Assembly (NCBI RefSeq): GCF_009914755.1
Contig: NC_060939.1
Direction: 5' to 3' (one strand)
Source of the DNA: the human T2T-CHM13v2.0 reference genome, Homo sapiens
Length of the DNA stretch: 64,000 nucleotides
Under the pieces are notes generated by a model. It saw only the letters and a list, made by a program, of their open reading frames with translations. It was not told where the DNA came from and searched no databases. The translations under genes and the position numbers were made by a program. Below, in pieces: positions 11,235 to 26,929 of this stretch. Each line of letters starts with the position of its first letter. Position 1 is the first letter of the stretch.

Positions 11235-14200
11235 TTACCTGGCAAATAATTCAAAATAGCTGTTGTAAAGATGCTCTACAAGCTCAAGAAAATGACGCAT
11301 AAGCAAAATTAACAAAAATTTTTTTTTATCTTTACAAATATCAACAAAAAGACTTTAAAAAAATTTTTAAAAACAAATTTTGGAGCTGAAGAATACAATA
11401 AATGAATTGAAAAATTCACTACAAGGGTTCAACAGCAGACTTGATCAAACAGGAAAAAAAATTCACCAAACAAAGACAAGTCATTTGTAATTATCCAGTT
11501 AAGGGGAAAAAAGAGAAAAAGAATGAAAAAGGTGAAAAAATCTTTATGGACTCATAGGCCACCATTAAACAGAACAGCTTATGCATTATGAGAGTTTGAG
11601 GACAAGAGAGATGGAAAGGACCAGAAAGCTTATTTAAATAAATAATGCCTGATAACTTCCCAACTCTAGAGAAGGAAATGGAGATCCATTTTCAAGAAGC
11701 CCAAAGATCACCAAATTAAATGAAACAAACAAACAAAAAAAAAACCACACTAAAATATAATCAAATTGTCAAAAGTCAAAGAGAATTTTAAAAACAGGAA
11801 GAGAAAAGCAACTCATCATGTACAAGGGAACCTCCACAAGATCATCAGTAGATTTTCCAGCAGAAACCTTGCAGTCCAGGAGGGAGTGGGACAATATTTT
11901 CAAAGGACTGAAAAAAACATCTGCCAACAAAGAATAACAGACCCAGCTAAACTCTCCTTCAAAAACGAAAGAGAGATAAAGACTTTCTCAGAGAGAAACT
12001 CTTAGGGAGTGAATCACCACTAGACCTGCCTTACAAGAAATGCCAAAGGGAGTCTTTCAGATTGAAATGAAAGGATGCAAAACAGCAACATGATAGCGTG
12101 AAAAAATATGAAAGTCATTGGTAAAGGTAAATATATGGATGAATACAGAATACTGTATTACTGTAATGGTGGTAGTTAAATCACTTTTCATTCAAATATA
12201 AAAGCTGACAGACCAAACTATTTAAAATAACTGTAACCACAATAGCTTAAAGGTACATAAAATGAACAGATGCAAATTGTGACATTTAAAAGTATAGCAT
12301 TTTTGTATGTGATTTAACTTGTTATCAACTTAAACTATCATAACTATAAGACATCTTATGTAATCTCCAAGGCAACCAGAAAAAGTACCTATAGAACTTA
12401 CATAAAAGAAAAACAGAAAGGAATCAAAGCATCTTAATACGAAAGACTGACAAAACACAAAGGAAGACAGCAAGAGACAAAAAGACAAAAGAACTACTAT
12501 ATAACAGAAAATGAGTAACAAAATGGTAATAGTAAATCCTTTCCTGTAACAATTACTTTAAATGTGAATGGATTAAGTTCACCAATTAAAAGATATAAAG
12601 TGATTAAATGGATTTTTAAAAAATCATCACCCAACTATATGCTGCCTGCAAGAAACTCACTTGAGATTTAAGGACACACATAGTCTAAAAGTGAAGGGAT
12701 GGAAAAAAATATTCCATGAAAATGGCAAACAAAAGAGAGAAGAGGTGGTCATATTTAAAAGAGACACAGCAGACTTTAAGTCAAAAACCATTACAAGAGA
12801 CAAATATGGACATTTCATAAAAGGGTCAATCCACCAGGATGATGTAGCAATTATAAGTCTACATGCCCCCAACATCAGATCATCGAAATATATGAAGCAA
12901 CCATTGACAGAACTGAAGGGAGACTTAGACAGCATTACAATAATAGTAAGAGGTGTCAATATTTCACTTTCAACACTAGATAGGAAATCCAGACAGATCA
13001 ATAAGGAAACAGAGGACTTGAACAACCCTATAGACCAAATGGACCCAACATATATACAACAAAACATTCTGCCCAACAACAGCAGAATGCACATTCTGTG
13101 TCAAGGTAGCACAGACTATTGCCAAGAATAGATCACATGTTAGAGCACAAAAGAAATCTCAACAAATTTAAGATTAAGATTATGTCAAATATATTTTCTG
13201 ACCACAATGTGATGAAACTAGAAATCAATAGCAAAAGGAAAAGTGGAATCCTCACCAAAATGTGGAAATTAAATAGTATTCTTGAATAGCCACTGGCTCA
13301 AAAAAGAAATTTGAAAATATTTCAAGACAAATGAAAGTGAAATACAACATGCCAAACCTCATGGCATATAGCAAAAGCAGTACTAAGGAGGAAGTTCATA
13401 GCAATAAATGCATATAATTAAAAGAAGAACGATCTCAGACAATTTAATTTTATACCTCAAAGAGCTAGAGTCATGTAACAAAAAGCTAAAATAAATAAAA
13501 CCATGAGGGAAAGAAAAAACATGATGACAGAAATTAAGAGAATCTTAAGAGACTTACGAAAAGTTATAGACCAACAAAGTGGAAACACTAGAAAAACAGA
13601 CAAACTCCTAGAAACATAAAACCTACCAAAACTAAATCATGAAAAATAGAAAGTCTAAGCATACCCATAGCTAGTATAGAGAGTGAATCAGTAATCTGAA
13701 ACCTCCTGACAAAGAAAAGCCCAAGACCAGATGGTTTCACTGGTGAATTCTACCAAACATGTAGAGTATAATTAATGCCAATCCTACTCAAACTCTTCCA
13801 AAAAAATTGATCAAGAGGGAACACTTCCAAACTCATTTTGAAGGCCAGTATTATTCTGACAACAAAACCAGACAAAGACAACACAAGAAAAGTATATACA
13901 AGCTGATTACCCCAATTAACATGCAAAAATCCCCAACAAAAGACTAGTAAATTGAATCACATTAAAAGGATCATATGCTACAACAAAGTGGGATTTATTC
14001 CTGGGATTGAAGGATGATTCAACATACAAAAATCAATATGAAACACCACATTAACAGAACAAAGAATAAAATCACATGATCATCTCAAAATATGCAGAAA
14101 AAGCATTTGACAAAATTAAACATCCATTCATGATTTAAAAAGAAACTCTCAACAAAAAAGAAACAGCAGAAAAATACCTTATCATAATAAAGTCCATATA

Positions 14201-14640
14201 TGAAAAACCCACAGATAACATCATACTCAATGTCAAAAAACTGAAAGCTTTTTCTGTAAAATCAAGAACATGGCAGGGATGCCCATTCTCATCACTTCTA
14301 CTAGATGTAATACTAGTAGTCCTAGCCAGTGCAGTTAGACAAGAAAAAGAAAGAAAAGGCACATCAATTGGAAAGGAAGAAATAAAAATGTCCCTATGTG
14401 AAGATGATGCTATCTTACATATCCTAGGTGCACCATTTTTTAAAAATATTAAAATAAATGAATTCTGTAAAGTTACAAGACAAAAAATTTTAAAAAGTAA
14501 AGTTGCAGTACAAAAATCAGTTACATTTCTATATAGTAACAACAAGCAACCCCCAAAAATGAAGAAAACGATCTCATCTAAAGTAACATCAAAAAGAATA
14601 CAACACTAAGGAATAACATTAACGAAGGAGATGAAAGACT

Positions 14641-15448
14641 TGTAGTAAATTCTTATGATTATATGTTGCCTTTGCATTCATTTTGAATATAATTCAACTT
14701 TCTCAGTCCAGAAGCAGGGCTCAGTCATCCTTAACACACTTCCCAGTTCTATACCACACACAAACGGACTAAGCCAGTAGCCACAGATTAGAACTTAGAA
14801 GCATCTTCTCTTGCCTAGCAGACTGGGTTCCCCAATTTCCTGTTGCTTCCTTTAAACAGATCATTCAAGCATTTTCCTGTGAGCTTAAAGTGACCCAAAC
14901 TCTATTTCCTTACATATCCTGCTAATTAATCCTTTTTTTTTTTTTAAATCTCTCTGTCTGACTCTTCCTTCCTGTTTCTTGCAACCCAGGGATGAAGGAC
15001 TGCCCTCCTAACTTATTATACCCTCCTTGCCCAGGATCTCTAAGTAAAAATATTTGAACTTATTTCTTATCATGGTGGTGTATTGAATTTACATCTTCCA
15101 TCTGAAGAAGCAGGGGCTGCCCCAGACTGGGTTGTTCCTGGAACACTGGGAAGAACACAAGGCCTAGCTCCCAGCACCGGGACAATGGTCAGCCAGGCAT
15201 AAACTGAACACTGGTCAGACAAGAGCCACAGGAGTGTCTGCCAATATAAACAAGTTTCCCATGTGAAGGACTCCTTGGCAAATGATCAGACAACTAAGCA
15301 TTAGGTCACCTGCCAGGTAAAAGAAATATCCCCTGAAAGGCACACTGTAAACATCTATGTCCAGCTCTCCTTCATTTCTATCACGGTAGGGTTGTTGCTA
15401 GCTGCTCTGGCGCTGGAGCCCCAGTTTGAGCTGGGGGCTCTCAAAACC
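14641..15448 (+). mobile_element. MER54B-like ERVL solo LTR
   Basis: Starts tgtagtaaattcttatgatt, ends gctgggggctctcaaaac; splits the host L1 phrase aaagac..ttg.acactgaaaa. Confidence 0.8.
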
Positions 15449-15480
15449 CTTGCACACTGAAAATTAGAAAACATTGATGA

Positions 15481-15785
15481 GGCCGGGTGTGGTGGCTCAT
15501 GCTTGTAATCCCAGCATTTTGAGAAGCCAAGGTAGGTGGATCACGAAGTCAGGAGATTGAGACCATCCTGGCCAACATGGTGAAACCCTGTCTCTACTAA
15601 AATACAAAACATTAGCCGGGCGTGGTGACACGTGCCTGTAGTCCCAGCTACTTGGGAGGCTGAGGCAGAGCAATCACTTGAACCTGGGAGGCAGAGGTTG
15701 CAAGTGAGCTGAGATCTCACCACTGCACTCCAGCCTGGCGACTGGCGACAGAGTGAGACTCTGTCTCAAAAAAAAAAAAAAAAAA
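15481..15785 (+). mobile_element. AluSc-like element
   Basis: Full dimer; cctggcgacagag diagnostic (with a 7-bp ctggcga duplication); perfect 15-bp TSD agaaaacattgatga at 15466-15480 and 15786-15800. Confidence 0.95.
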
Positions 15786-16491
15786 AGAAAACATTGATGA
15801 AAGCAATTAAAGACACAAATAAATGAATATGTATCCAATGGTCATGGAGTAGAAGACTTAACATTGTTAAAATCTCCATATTGCCCAAAGTGAACCATAG
15901 AAATCCCCATCAAAATTTCAATGGTATTTTTTTTACAGAAGTATAAAAAAAATTCTAAAATTGATATGGAACCACAAATGACCCCAGATAGCCAAAACTA
16001 TCTTGAGGAAGAAGGACCAAGCTGGGGTCCTCACAATTCCTGATTTCAAACATGTTACAAGCTACAGTCATCAAAGCAGTGGGGTACTGGTATCCCCAGT
16101 AAAGACAGACACAGACCAGTGGAATAGAATAGAGAACACAGAAATAAACCCACACATAAACAGATGAATGAATTTCAACAAGGGTTCCAAGACTATACAG
16201 CAGGGAAAGGATAGTCTTTTCAACAAACAGAGTGAGGAAAACTAGATATGCACAGGCAAAAGAAAAAAATGGACCATTATCTTACATCTAACACAAAAAT
16301 CAAATTAAAATACATTGAAAATTGAAACATAATCCCTGAAACTATAAAACTCCTAGAAGAAAATATGGAAGAAAAGCTTCATAACAATGGTCTCGACAAT
16401 GACTTCTTGCATAGACATGACAACAAAAGCACAGACAATGAAAGCAAAAACAAATAAGTGGAACTATATCAAATGTAAAAGTCTCTGCTCA

Positions 16492-16815
<324 letters not shown>

Positions 16816-16890
16816 TCAACAGAGTGAAAAGGCAACTTATGGAATAGGAGGAAATATGTGCAGATCATATATCTGATAAGGGGTTACTAG

Positions 16891-19800
16891 CCTGTTGAGC
16901 TTTTTTTCATATGTTTGTTAGCCATGTAAATGTCTTCTTTTGAGAAGTGTCTGTTCATATACTTTGCCGACTTTTTGATGGAGTTGTCTTTTTCTTGCAA
17001 ATATGTTTACGTTCCTTGTAAATTATGGATATTAGACCTTTGTCAGATGGGTAGATTGCAAAATTTTTCTCCCATTCTGTAGGTAGCCTGTTCACTCTGA
17101 TGATAGTTTCTTTTGCTGTGCAGAAGCTCTTTAGTTTAATTACATCCCATCAGTCAATTTTGGATTTTGTTGCAATTCCTTTTGGCATTTTTGTAATGAA
17201 GTCTTTGCCCATGTCTATGTCTTGAATGGTATTGCCTAGGTTTTCTTCTGCTGAATAGAAGATCCTTTCCCTATTGCTTGTTTTTGTCAGGTTCGTCGAA
17301 GATCAGATGGTTGTAAATGTGTGGTCTTATTTGTGAGGTGTCTGTTCTGCCCCATTAGTCTATATGTTTGTTTTGGTACTGGTATTGTGCTGTTTTGGTT
17401 ATGGTAGCCTGGTAGTATAGTTTGAAGTCAGGTAGCATGATGCCTCCAGCCTTGTTATTTTTGCTTAGGATTGTCTTGGCTATACAGGGTCTTCTTCGAT
17501 TCCATATGAAATTTAACATAGCTTTTTCTAATTCTGTGAAGAATGACAATGGTAGTTTGATGGGAATAGCATTGAATCTATAAATTACTTTGGGCAGTAT
17601 GGCCATTTTCATGATATTGATTCTTCCTATCCATGAGCATGGAATGTTTTCCCATTTGTTTGTGTTCTCTCTTATGTCCTTGAGCAGTGGTTTGTAGTTC
17701 TCCTTGAAGAAGTCCTTCACATCCTTTGTTTGCTGTATTCCTTGGTATTTTATTCTCTTCGTAGTGATTGTGAATGCGAGTTCATTCATGATTTGGCTCT
17801 CTGCTTGCCTATTGTTGGTGTAAAGGAATGTTTGTGATTTCTGCACATTGATTTTGTATCCTGAGACTTTGCTGAAGTTGCTTATCAGTTCAAGAAGTTT
17901 TTGTGCTGAGACGATGGGGTTTTCTAAATATAAAATCATATCGTATGCCAACAAAGACAATTTGACTTCCTCTCTTCCTATTTGAATACCCTTTATTTCT
18001 TTCTCTTGCCTGACTACCCTGGCCAGAACTTTCAATATTATGTTGAATGGGAATGGTGAGAGAGGGCATCTTGCACTGGTTTTCAAAGGGAATGCTTCCA
18101 GCTTTTGCCCATTCAATATGATATTGGTTGTGGGTTTGTCATAAATAGCTATTATTTTGAGATATGTCCCATCAATACCTAGCTTATCGAGAGTTTTTAA
18201 CATTAAGGGATGTTAAAGTTTATCAAAGGCCTTTTCTGCATCTATTGAGAAAATCATGTGATTTTTGTCTTTGGTTCTGTTTATGTGATGGATTATGTTT
18301 ATTGATTTGCATATGTTGAACCAGCCTTGCATCCCAGGGATGAAGCTGACTTGATCATGGTGGATAAGTTTTTTGATGTGCTGGTGGATTCAGTTTGCCA
18401 GTATTTTATTGAAGATTTTTGCATCGATATTCATCAGGGATATTGGCCTGAAGTTTTCTTTTTTTGTTGTGTCTCTTCCTGGTTTTGGTATCAGGATGAT
18501 GCTGGCTTCATAAAATGAGTATGGAGGAGTCCCTCCTTTTCAATTGTTTGAAATAGTTTCAGAAGGAATGGTACCAGCTCCTCCTTGTATTTCTGGTACA
18601 ATTCAGCTGTGAATCTGTCTGGTCCTGGGCTTTTTTTGGTTGGTAGGCTATTAATTACTGCCTCAATTTCAGAGCTTGTTATTGGTCTACTCAAGGATTC
18701 AACTTCTTCCTGGTTTAGTCTTGATAAGGTGTATGCATCCAGGAATTTATCCATTTCTTCTAGGTTTTCTAGTTTATTAGTGTAGAGGTGTTTATAGTAT
18801 TCTCTGATGGTAGTTTGTGTTTCTGCGAGGTCAGTGGTGATATTCCCTTTATCATTTTTTATTGTGTCTGTTTGATTCTTCTCTCTCTTCTTCTTTTTTA
18901 GTCTAGCTAGCCATCTATGTATTAACTAAAAAAAAAAAAAAAAAAAAACAACAACAACAAAAAAAAAACAACAACAACAAAAAACCAGCTCCTGGACTCG
19001 TTGATTTTTTGGAGGGTTTTTTGTGTCTCTATCTCCTTCAATTCTTCCATGCTGTTAGTTATTTCTTGTCTTCTGCTAGCTTTTGGATTAGTTTGCTCTT
19101 GCCTCTCTAGCTCTTTTAATTGTAATGTTAGGGTGTTGATTTGAGAACTTTCTAGCTTTCTGATGTGGGCATTTAGTGCTATAAATTTCCCTCTTAATGC
19201 TGCTTTAGCTGTGTCTCAGAGATTCTGGTACACTGTCTCTTTGTTCTCATTGGTTTCAAAGAACTTCTTGATTTCTGCCTTAATTTCATTACCCAGGAGT
19301 CATTCAGAAGCAGGTTGTTTAATTTCCATGAAATTGTGTCATTTTGAGTGAGTTTCTTAATCCTGAGTTCTAATTTAATTGCACTGTGGTCTGAGAGACT
19401 GTTTTTTTTGTGATTTCAGTTCTTTTGCATTTGCTGAGGAGTGTTTTACATCCAATTATGTGTTCAATTTTAGAATAAGTGCCATGTGGCACTAAGAAGA
19501 ATGTATATTCTGTTGATCTGGGGTAGACAGTACTGTAGACATCTACTAGTTCCACTTGATCCAGAGCTGAGTTCAAGTGCTGAATATCCTTGGTAATTTG
19601 CAGTCTCATTGATGTGTCTAATACTGACAGTGGGATGTTAAAGTCTCCCACTATTATTGTGTGGGAGTCTAAGTCTCTGTAGATCTCTAAGAACTTGTTT
19701 TATGAATCTGGTTGCTCCTGTACTGGGTGCATATATATTCAGAATAGTTAACTCTTCTTGTTGAATTGTTCCCTTTACCATTATGTAATGCCCTTCTTAG

Positions 19801-22477
19801 TCTTTTTTTTATCTTTCTTGGTTTAAAGTCCGATTTGTCAGAGACTAGGATTGCAAACCCTGCTTTTTTTTGCTTTCCATTTTCTTGATAAATTTTCCTC
19901 CATCCCTGTATTTGGAGCCTGTTTCTTTGCACATAAGATGAGTCTCCTGAATACAGCACACTAGTGGGTCTTGATTCCCTATCCAATTTCCCAGTCTGTG
20001 CCTTTTCATTGGGGCATTTAGCTCATTTATATTTAAGGTTAGTATTGTTATATGTGAATTTGATCCTGTCATCATGATGCTATTTGGTTATTTTGCACAC
20101 TAGTTGATGCGGTTTCTTCATAGTGTCATTGGTCTTTATAATTTAATGTATTTTTTCAGTGGCTGGTACGGGTTTTTCCTTTCCATATTCAGTGTTTCTT
20201 TCAGGAGCTCTTGCACAGCAGGCTTGGTGGTAACAAAATCCCTCAGCATTTGCTTATCTGGAAAGGATTTTATTTCTCCTTCACTTATGAATCTTAGTTT
20301 GGCTGGATACGAAATCCTGGGTTGAAAATTCTTTTCTTTAAGAATGTTGAATATTGACCCCCAATCTCTTCTGGCTTGTAGAGTTTCTGCTGAGAGATCT
20401 GCTGATAGTCTGATGGGCTTCCCTCTGTGGGCAACATGGCCTTACTCTCTGGCTGCCCTTAGCAGTTTTTCCTTCATTTGGACCTTGGAGAATCTGAAGA
20501 TTATATGCCTTGGGGTTGATCTTCTCGTGGAGTATCTTAATGACGTTCTCTGTATTTCTTGAATTTTCATGTTGGACTGTCTTGCTAGGTTAGGGAAGTT
20601 CTCCTGGATAATATCCTAAAGTGTTTCTTTTCAGATTGTTTCCATTTTCCCCTTCTCCTTCTGGTCCTCCAATCAATCATAGGTTTGGCGTTTTTATGAA
20701 GTCCCATATTTCTTGGAGCTTTGTTCCTTACTTTTCGTTCTTTTTTTCTCTATTCTTGTCTGCTTGTCTTATTTCAGTAAGGTAGTCTTTGAACTCTGAT
20801 ATCCTTTCTTCTGTTTGGTCAATTCGGCTGTTGATACTTGTGTATATTTCACGAACTTCTCATACTGTGTTTTTCAGCTCCATCAGGTCATTTATGTTCC
20901 TCTCTAAACTGATTATTCCAGTTAGCAATTCCTCTAACCTTTTATCAAGATTCTTAGGTTCTTTGCATTGGGTTAGAACACACTCCTTTAGCTCATCATA
21001 GTTTTTTATTACCCATTTTCTGAAGCCTACATCTACCAATTCACCCATCTGATCCTCTGTCCAGTTCTGCACCCTTGATGGAGAGATGTTGCAATCATTT
21101 GGAGGTGAAGAGGTGCTCTAGCCTTTTGGGTTTTCAGCACTTTTTTTTGTTAATTCTTTCTCATCTTCATGAGTTTGTCTCATTTTGGTCTTTGAGGCTG
21201 CTGACCCTTGGATGGGGTTTTTGTGGGGGCCTTTTGTTTTTGTTGTTGTTGTTGTTGTCAATACTGTTGTTGCTTTCTGCTTGTTTTTCTTTCAATAGTC
21301 AGGTTCCTCTTCTGCAGGGCTGCTGCAGTTTGCTGGGGGTTCACTTCAGGCCTTATTCATCTGATTCACTCCCATGCCTGGAGATGTCACTCAAGGAGGC
21401 TGGAGAGCAGCAAAAATGGGTGCCTTCTCCTTCTTCTGGGACCTCTGACCTCGAGGGGCACCAACCTGATGCCAGTAGGATCACTCTTGTATAGGGTGTC
21501 TGACAACCCCTGTTGAAGGGTCTCGCCCAGCTGGGTGGCATGGGGAGCAGGACCCATTTAACGAAGCACTTTGTCTCTTGGTGGAAGGGCTGTGTTTCAC
21601 TGGGTGGAAACCCATTTAATCTGGGCTGCCTAGATTCCTCAGAACAACCAGGAGGAGAGGCTAAGTCTGCTGGTGCGCAGAGACTGCGGCCACCCCTCCC
21701 CCTAGGGGCTCAGGTCCAGGGAAAGCCAAATTCTATCCCTAAGTCTCTGGCTGGAGTTACTGGAGATCCTACAGGGAAGCCCAGCTCACTGAGAAGGATG
21801 GGTCAGGGTTAGACCTGAAGAGGCCCTCTGGCCGCAGACTACCACAGCCAGTGTGTTGAGCTGTGGGGACAAGTCTTGGGACCAAGCTGTTCAGCCTCCC
21901 TGGCTCCAGCAGGGGAAAAGTGCATCCTGGAGCTACAGAAATTGGTGCTGCCCTTCCCCCACCCAAGGAGCTTAGCATGTTAGGCAGTTGTGAGTCCCAT
22001 TGCTGATTGCTGCTCCTTCCTCAAGGAGCTCAAAAGGCTTAGACAGCAGGCAGCAGCAGCCAGTGGTGGTCACCCCTCCCTCGGGGAGTTCAGCAGGGCT
22101 TAAGCAGATTCCAGCTGAGAATGTGCACATTCTGGAGTTGGGATGCTAGACTTTGGTGGGTTTGCAAGTGGGATCTTCTGATCAGTGGGTTGCACAGTTC
22201 TGTGGAAAAAGCACAGTTTCCCCGGCTGGGTAGCGTGCTCACTCACTGCCTCCCTTGGCTGGAGGCAGGGGGTTCCCCTTCTCTGTATGTCTCTCAGGTA
22301 GGCCGCCCACCACACTGCTCTTCCTTCTCTCCGTGGGTCATGCCAGCCTTCTAGTCAATTTTGAAGAGAGAACCTGGATACCTTGGTTGCCGGTGAAGGA
22401 TTCACATGCTTATTATGGCTTTTTTTATGGGAGCCTCTGAATGTCACTGCTACTAGTCAGCCATTTTGGCCCTGCCC
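16891..22477 (-). mobile_element. 3'-truncated L1PA (L1P3-type 5' UTR, about L1PA8-12 age), sense to ATP8B4
   Basis: 5' end gggcagggccaaaatggctgactag at 22477; ~1.3-kb 5' UTR; ORF1 (LEELLTGIISLERNINDLMELKN) and ORF2 EN/RT remnants (282-aa ORF 17355-18203); stops in the ORF2 C-terminus with no 3' UTR or poly(A). Confidence 0.95.
18928..18985. repeat. Poly(A)/(AAC)n compound microsatellite inside L1 ORF2
   Basis: A run followed by caacaacaacaa blocks immediately before ccagctcctgg. Confidence 0.9.
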
Positions 22478-22657
22478 TGGCTTCCCTACTTTTGAGGGTT
22501 TGGGTCTCAGACTGGCTTTCTTGCTCCTCAGCTTGCAGATGGCCTATTGTGGGACTTCATCTTGTGACTGTGTGAGTCAATTCTCCTTAATAAACTCCCC
22601 TTCGTGTATACATATATCCTATTAGTTCTGTCCCTCTAGAGAACCCTGACTAATACA
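22478..22657 (+). mobile_element. MLT2A (HERV-L) LTR, 3' portion only
   Basis: cctcagcttgcagatggcctattgtgggac...aataaactcccc...ctagagaaccctgactaataca is the MLT2A terminus. Confidence 0.9.
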
Positions 22658-23700
22658 GCAACAAAACAATTGATAAGTAGGACCTAATTACACTAAAGAG
22701 CTTCTGCACAGCAAGAGAACCATCAAGAGAGTAAACAGACAACCCACAGATTGGGAGAAAATACTCACAAACTATGCATTCAACAAAGACTTAATATCGA
22801 GAATTGATAAGGAACTTAAATCATCAAGCAAAAAATGAATATTCCTACTAAAAAGTCAGCAAAGGACATGAACAGACACTTCTCAAAAGAAGACATACAG
22901 GCGGCAAACATGAAAAAATGCTCATGATCATTAATCATCAGAGAAATGCAAATCAAAATCATAACGAGATACCATCTCACACCAGTCAGAAAAATTTTTG
23001 TTAAAAAATCAAAAAACAACAGCCATTGGTGAGGCTGCGGAGAAAAGGGGATACTTACACACTCTTGGTGCAAATGAAATGAGTCCAGCCACTGTGGAGA
23101 GCCATTTGGAGATTTCTCAGAAAACTAACAGTTGAACTACCATTTGACTCAGCAACCCTATTACTGGGTAATTCCCAAAAGAAAATAAATCATTCTACCA
23201 AAAGGACACCTACACCCATATGCCTATCACATTGCTATTCATAACAGCAAAAAACATAGAATAAACCCAGATGCCCATCAGCGGTGGATAGGATTAAGAA
23301 AATGTGGTAAATATACACTATGCAGTACTATGCAGCCATTAAAAAATGAACAAAATTATATTCTTTGCAGCTACACAGATGCAGCTGGAGGCCATTATCT
23401 TAAGCAAACGTAGAAACAGAAAACCAAATACCACATGTTCTCACTTATAAGTGGAAGCTAAACATTGGGCACACATGGACACAAAGATGGGAACAATAGC
23501 CAGTGGGAATTACTAGAGGTAGCATAGAGAGAGGAGAACAGGAGCTGAAAAACTACCTCTTGGGTACTGTGCTTACTACCTGGGTGATGGGTTCAACTGT
23601 ATCCCAAACCTCAGCATTCTGCAATATGCCTTTGTAACAAACCTGCACATGTACCCCGATTCTAAAACAAAAATGGGAGAAAGAAAACAAACAAACAAAA
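22658..23700 (+). mobile_element. L1PA16-like 3' portion
   Basis: ORF2 C-terminal remnants and 3' UTR ggacacaaagatgggaacaatag...aaacctcagcatt...gtacccc. Confidence 0.88.
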
Positions 23701-24350
23701 AACACACAAACAAAACAGAAAATCCCAAGTATTGTTGAGGATGTAGAAAGATTGGAATCCTGGTGCACTGTTCATAGAAATGTAAAATGGTGTAGTCACT
23801 ATAGAAAACAGTATGAAAGTTCCTCAAAAAATTAAAAATAAAACTACCATACTATCCTGCAATCTCTTATATGTCCAAAAGAATGGAAATCAGGATCTTG
23901 AAAAGATATTTGCATTCCCATGTTCATTGCAGCATTATCACAATAGCCAAGAGGTGGAAGCAACCTAAATGTCCATGAATAGACAAACAGATAAGGGAAA
24001 TGTGATAGATACATACAATGGAATATTATTCAGCCATAAAAAAGGAGGAAATCCTGTCATGCTACAATATGGATGACTCTTGGCATTATTATAAATGAAA
24101 AGCGCTGGTCACAGAATGACAAATACAGAATTATTCCACTTTTATGAGATCTCTAAAGTAGTCAAACTCATTGAAACATGAAATAAAATGGTTCTTGCTA
24201 GAGACTGGGGAAATGAGAATATGGTGATTTGCTGTGAAATTAGTATAGAGTTTCAGTCATGCAACATTAAAAAAAATTCTACAGATTTGCTATGAGCTTA
24301 CAGTTAACACTACCATACTCAACACTAAAAAAGTTGTTAAGAGTAAAAAA
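23701..24350 (+). mobile_element. L1MA10/L1MB-like 3' end (probably the tail of the 11181-16890 L1)
   Basis: tcaggatcttgaaaagatatttgcattcccatgttcattgcagc and gtatagagtttcagtcatgcaa...gttgttaagag are old-L1 3' end phrases. Confidence 0.8.
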
Positions 24351-24898
24351 TAGAAACAAAATGAATAAAATGGAATTCAATAAAGAACAGAAAAAAATAG
24401 TGGGAAAAGATTCAATAGTAAATATGATCCCTATTAAGGGATTACTGACTTCTGGAATGTACAATATATACTTTTAAAAGTTTATGACTCAAGTATTATC
24501 CCTGTAATAATGTCTTTTCAAAAACATTTGATGGGAAATAAGTTTGACAGATGATTTGTCTTAGAGATTGTAGAATAATATTATTTTACACTTTATCCAA
24601 GTATATGAGATGACTTATACACAAGACACTCAGTTACTTATGTTGGTCACAGAATCATAGAAACTTATTTAATCACAGACTGTTTTGTTCATGTAATAAA
24701 TTTTGAACACAGTTGCATTATAAGTTTTTATATTTTAAAATATTTAAAATAAGTGTATATATTATTATATGACTAGTAAGTTCTAAAATAAACACTGGCC
24801 TTGGACTTCCCTAAAACCATCCAGAGAAGAAACTGGCCCAAAGAGTTTATAGACAAACTGTCATTCAAATATAAAGTTAACAAATAGTTCTCAACAGA

Positions 24899-25190
<292 letters not shown>

Positions 25191-26929
25191 TGAATAGATA
25201 TTTCTTATGAAGTATTCTTGAAATTAGAGGGTGAACTTCAGCCAAATAGAAAAATAACTGAAAAAAATAAATGAGAAAGGGACTAGTTAGTGGTGGACAC
25301 AAAATATCTTTAGCTGAAGGAATAGGTCTAAAACCAATAGATTAGGATGACAAAACAAAATGCAAATATTACACACTTGACTATGTGAAAAGATTGCAAA
25401 AAAAAAATTGGGAGAACATGTTGATTTCCTCATTTTGGTATTTGAAAACCAAAAAATATCTTTTAAAGCTGCAAATCGACTCATAGAAATTTATATACAT
25501 TTCAGATTAAGAGTACTATTAAGAAAAATATTAGGAAAATATGAGGAAACGAAAGAGAAATAATAATCTCATCATTGTTCATATTAGGAAATTGATCAAT
25601 GCTGCCTTAAGAAAAAATTTAAAGTATTATGTAAACACTTGAGAGTATACAGTACAGAAACAATAAAATACTTCCTTAAATATTACAAGAAACGCACACA
25701 AACACACACACACAGAGTAAAAGAAAGAGACCATATAAGGAAATAATTATTAAGAATTATAAAGACAAAAAGTAATAACCTAAAATATTATAACAGAACC
25801 AAGACAAGATATAGCCCCATGTAAATGGGCCAAACTCATTAAAAGATTGGAACTTAAAGCAAAAGCAAACTATAGCCCTGTGTTCTACACAAAAGATATA
25901 CCTAAATCAAAGTAATTCAGAAACTTTGAAAATAAAAGGTGGGCAAATATAAACGAAAAATACTCAAGAATAATGATCTTAATATCAAATGACGTTTAAA
26001 TCAGGCCAAGAAGAATTGAATGAGTCAAAAAAGAGTACTTTTAATGTTAAATTGTGTAATTCATAATAAAAGTTAAACCATTATGACCATCAATGTAACC
26101 AAAAACTAGCATCAATACTCAATAAAACAGACTTTGGAATATATATGACCTATGATCAGAACACTTTAATTAGCTTCTTCAACTCAAACAGATAACATAA
26201 ATAAAAGATAAATAATTATATAGAAGACCTAAAAAAATATAATTAACAAGATAGAGCTAAATTATACATAGCTAATTCCTACCTTAAGAACAGAGAATAC
26301 AAGTACTTTCTTCTTAAGGGTCCTGAAACATTAATAACAATTAACCTTATTAAGCCACAAAGAAAATCTCAATAAATTCTAAAAGGTAGAAACAATAAAA
26401 ATATATTCTTTTATTAACAGTGCAATAAAATTAGGGAGAAAAAAACCCTTACCATCTGCAAATTTTAAATTCTTCCTTAAAAGCTTATGGTTCAAACTCA
26501 ATGGTTCAATTTGAACTCACTGATATTAGAAAAATAAAGATAAAATAATCATATAAAAATAAAATTAAAATACTTTAATAAACTACATGCCAAAATATAT
26601 GTAATAAAACTAAAGCAGTGTTCAGGGGGAAATTGTTAACCTTAAATATTTGTATTCTTAAAAAACAGGAAAGAATAAAAATAAATAAATAAAGCATCCA
26701 AGTATGAAGTAGGGAAAAGCAAAACAAAAAACTGTAAGGAACGAAGAAGGCATTAATAAAGAAGCAGAAGTTATTGATTAAAATGCAGGAAAAAAATAAG
26801 TAAATCCAACAGCTATACTTTTTCATGGAAGAAGGGGCAACTAAACTATTTACTAACATAATTAAGACAGGAAAGGACAAAAACAACACATAAGAAATAA
26901 TAAAAAGAACCACAGATAAAGAGGAAATT

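Noticed and set aside
17355-18203. 282-aa ORF as an independent gene
   Set aside because: It is an L1 ORF2 RT fragment with a degraded catalytic motif (LLAYDMI versus LFADDMI).
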